Under the pieces are notes generated by a model. It saw nothing but the letters and a program-made list of their open reading frames with translations, ran no database searches and was not told the origin of the DNA. This document shows positions 19,911 to 21,422 of a stretch of DNA of 21,422 bases, in pieces. A program made the translations under genes and the position numbers. The stretch is from Octopus sinensis (Eukaryota): positions 1 to 21,422 of the forward strand of contig NW_021823729.1 in assembly GCF_006345805.1 (NCBI RefSeq). Direction: 5' to 3'. Each line of letters opens with the position of its first letter. Within the stretch, counting starts at the first letter, position 1.

Positions 19911-20240
19911 GGTGCAACATAGCTGCGTGGTTAAAAAGCTCACTTTATAACCATGTAGTTCCGGGGCCATGGGCCTTCTACTATAGCATCGGGTCGACTA
20001 ATACCTTGTGAGTGAATTTGCTAAACGGAAACTGTGTGGAAGCCCGACGTATATATATAATATGTGTGTGTGTGTGTGTGCATGTGTTTGTGTGTGTGTG
20101 TGTGTGTGAGTGTACGAGTAAATATATGTTTATTCTTCTGTGCTTTATGTAGGTCCGCCCATTGCCTTACAACCGGCGTTGGTTTGTTTGCATTCCCGTA
20201 ACTTACTAGTTTTGTCAAAAGAGACTGATAGAATAAGTCC
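19911..20240 (+). mobile_element. SINE family A, divergent subfamily copy
   Basis: ggtgcaacatagctgcgtggttaa...cttctactatagc.tcggg.cgac.aa..ccttgtgagtgaatttg...ggaaactgtgtggaagcccgacg, (TG)n, and ...gagactgatagaataagt. Confidence 0.8.
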
Positions 20241-20259
20241 TCTGAATAGATATGCATAT

Positions 20260-20299
20260 GCGTTTGTGTGCATATGTATATTTGTTGTATATCCCTTTC

Positions 20300-20330
<31 letters not shown>

Positions 20331-20343
20331 TAATATATATATA

Positions 20344-20428
<85 letters not shown>

Positions 20429-20430
20429 AT
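20260..20430. repeat. (TA)n tract
   Basis: Direct reading. Confidence 0.95.
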
Positions 20431-20579
20431 GAATATATGCATGTGTGTGAGTTTTTGTATCTGTGGTGGTGGAGAGATGAGTATATAATGTTCAGATGAG
20501 CAATACAGCACTCGATATTCAATCTGTAGTGTTGAGTATTTTTCTTTTTTTTGAAAAGTTTAATATAATACGTCCTGTG

Positions 20580-20653
20580 TATTTTAGTGCAGTAAGGTAC
20601 CACCTGTTAGAAAGAACATGCTGCTTTTAACTGGGGTACTCTGCACTGAAATA
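20580..20653 (+). ncRNA. Candidate pre-miRNA-like hairpin
   Basis: About 30-bp stem in 74 nt with three G-U pairs on the plus strand; no recognised mature sequence. Confidence 0.35.
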
Positions 20654-20670
20654 AAATGATAAATAAAATA

Positions 20671-20824
20671 TTTGTTTCAAATTTTTGGCACAAGGCCAGT
20701 TTCATTCAACGGAATGGGTAAATCGATTACATCGACGCCAGTTGCTCAATCGGTACTTTATTTTATCGACCCCCAAAAAGATGAAAAGCAATCAACCTCA
20801 GAACGTAAAGATGGACTAAATACC
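20671..20824 (-). mobile_element. SINE family D, partial
   Basis: tttcaaatttttggcacaaggccag...tcgattacatcgac.ccag...ggtactt.ttttatcgacccc...atgaaaagca. Confidence 0.85.
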
Positions 20825-21045
20825 TATTTCTTTACTACCCCACAAGGGGCTAAACACAGAGAGGACAAACAACGGACAGACAAACAGATTAAGTCCCCAG
20901 TGTGTGACTGGTACTTAATTTATCGACCCCCCGAAAGAATGAAAGGCAAAGTCGACCTCGGCGAATTTGAACCAGAACGCAACGGCGGACGAAATGCCGC
21001 TAAGCATTTGCCCGGCGTGCTACGATTCTGCCATCTCGCTGCCTT
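20825..21045 (-). mobile_element. SINE family D, near full length, with tRNA-like head
   Basis: Minus strand begins aggcagcgagatggcagaatcgtagcacgccgggcaaatgcttagcggc..., with B-box-like GGTTCAAATTCGCC and core gaggtcgactttgcctttcattctttcggggggtcgataaattaagtacc. Confidence 0.9.
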
Positions 21046-21060
21046 GACCTAGTAGAATAC

Positions 21061-21236
21061 TGGTTTCAAATTTTGACAAAAGTCCCGCAGTTTCCAGGAG
21101 TGGGTGCTGGTCTATTATAATCGACTTGCCATTTCTCAACTGATATGTTTTTATCGACCCCCGAACAGATGAAAAGCAAATCGACCTCAACGGAATTAGA
21201 ACTCGGAACGTGAAGACGGACGAACGTGAAGACGGA
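21061..21236 (-). mobile_element. SINE family D, partial, with a 16-bp tandem duplication
   Basis: Same core as the adjacent copies; gaacgtgaagacgga is repeated at 21206 and 21222. Confidence 0.8.
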
Positions 21237-21422
21237 GAGAGAGAGAGAGAGAAAGAGGGAGAGGGAGAGAGAGACAGAGACAGACAGACAGAAAGAAAAG
21301 AAAGAAAAAGTGAAGTCACAGTAATCAATGTACTATTAGGATATGTAAATGAGCCCGTGTGTGTCGATATAAAAAGTGGGAGAAATTAGATGCAAACGAT
21401 GAAACGTAACAAATCAAACGGC

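Noticed and set aside
307-21328. Most ORFs in the six-frame track (YI, CV, HT, LSIY, poly-H/T/V/L peptides and recurring SINE-derived peptides such as RHLPKVP)
   Set aside because: They are translations of microsatellites or SINE bodies, with no domain signal or splice context.

Overview
AT-rich, microsatellite-dense metazoan genomic DNA, intronic or intergenic. The repeat families resemble those I recall from Octopus (coleoid cephalopod) genomes; this is an inference, not a database result. No intact protein-coding gene is supported. Nearly all ORFs in the track are translations of (TA)n, (TG)n, (TCTA)n or trinucleotide repeats, or of SINE bodies. Supported content: about 12 copies or fragments of a tRNA-headed SINE with an internal microsatellite (family A); elements ending in an RTE-type (GAT)n tail (families B and C); four copies of a second tRNA-headed SINE (family D); a near full-length dead DD34D mariner nested inside a SINE; an internally deleted Tc1/mariner relic (probably DD41D/rosa-like); two RTE LINE 3' relics; probable Penelope-like terminal repeats; a possible non-autonomous Helitron; and a 728-bp degenerate fold-back element with hAT-like ends. 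I cannot support a new multi-gene system. The best leads are RNA-structural: a pre-miRNA-like hairpin (20580-20653), the fold-back element (1687-2414), a triplicated H-type pseudoknot motif (16163-16316) and a variant minimal hammerhead motif (17543-17579, minus strand). All pairings were worked out by eye and need computational confirmation.
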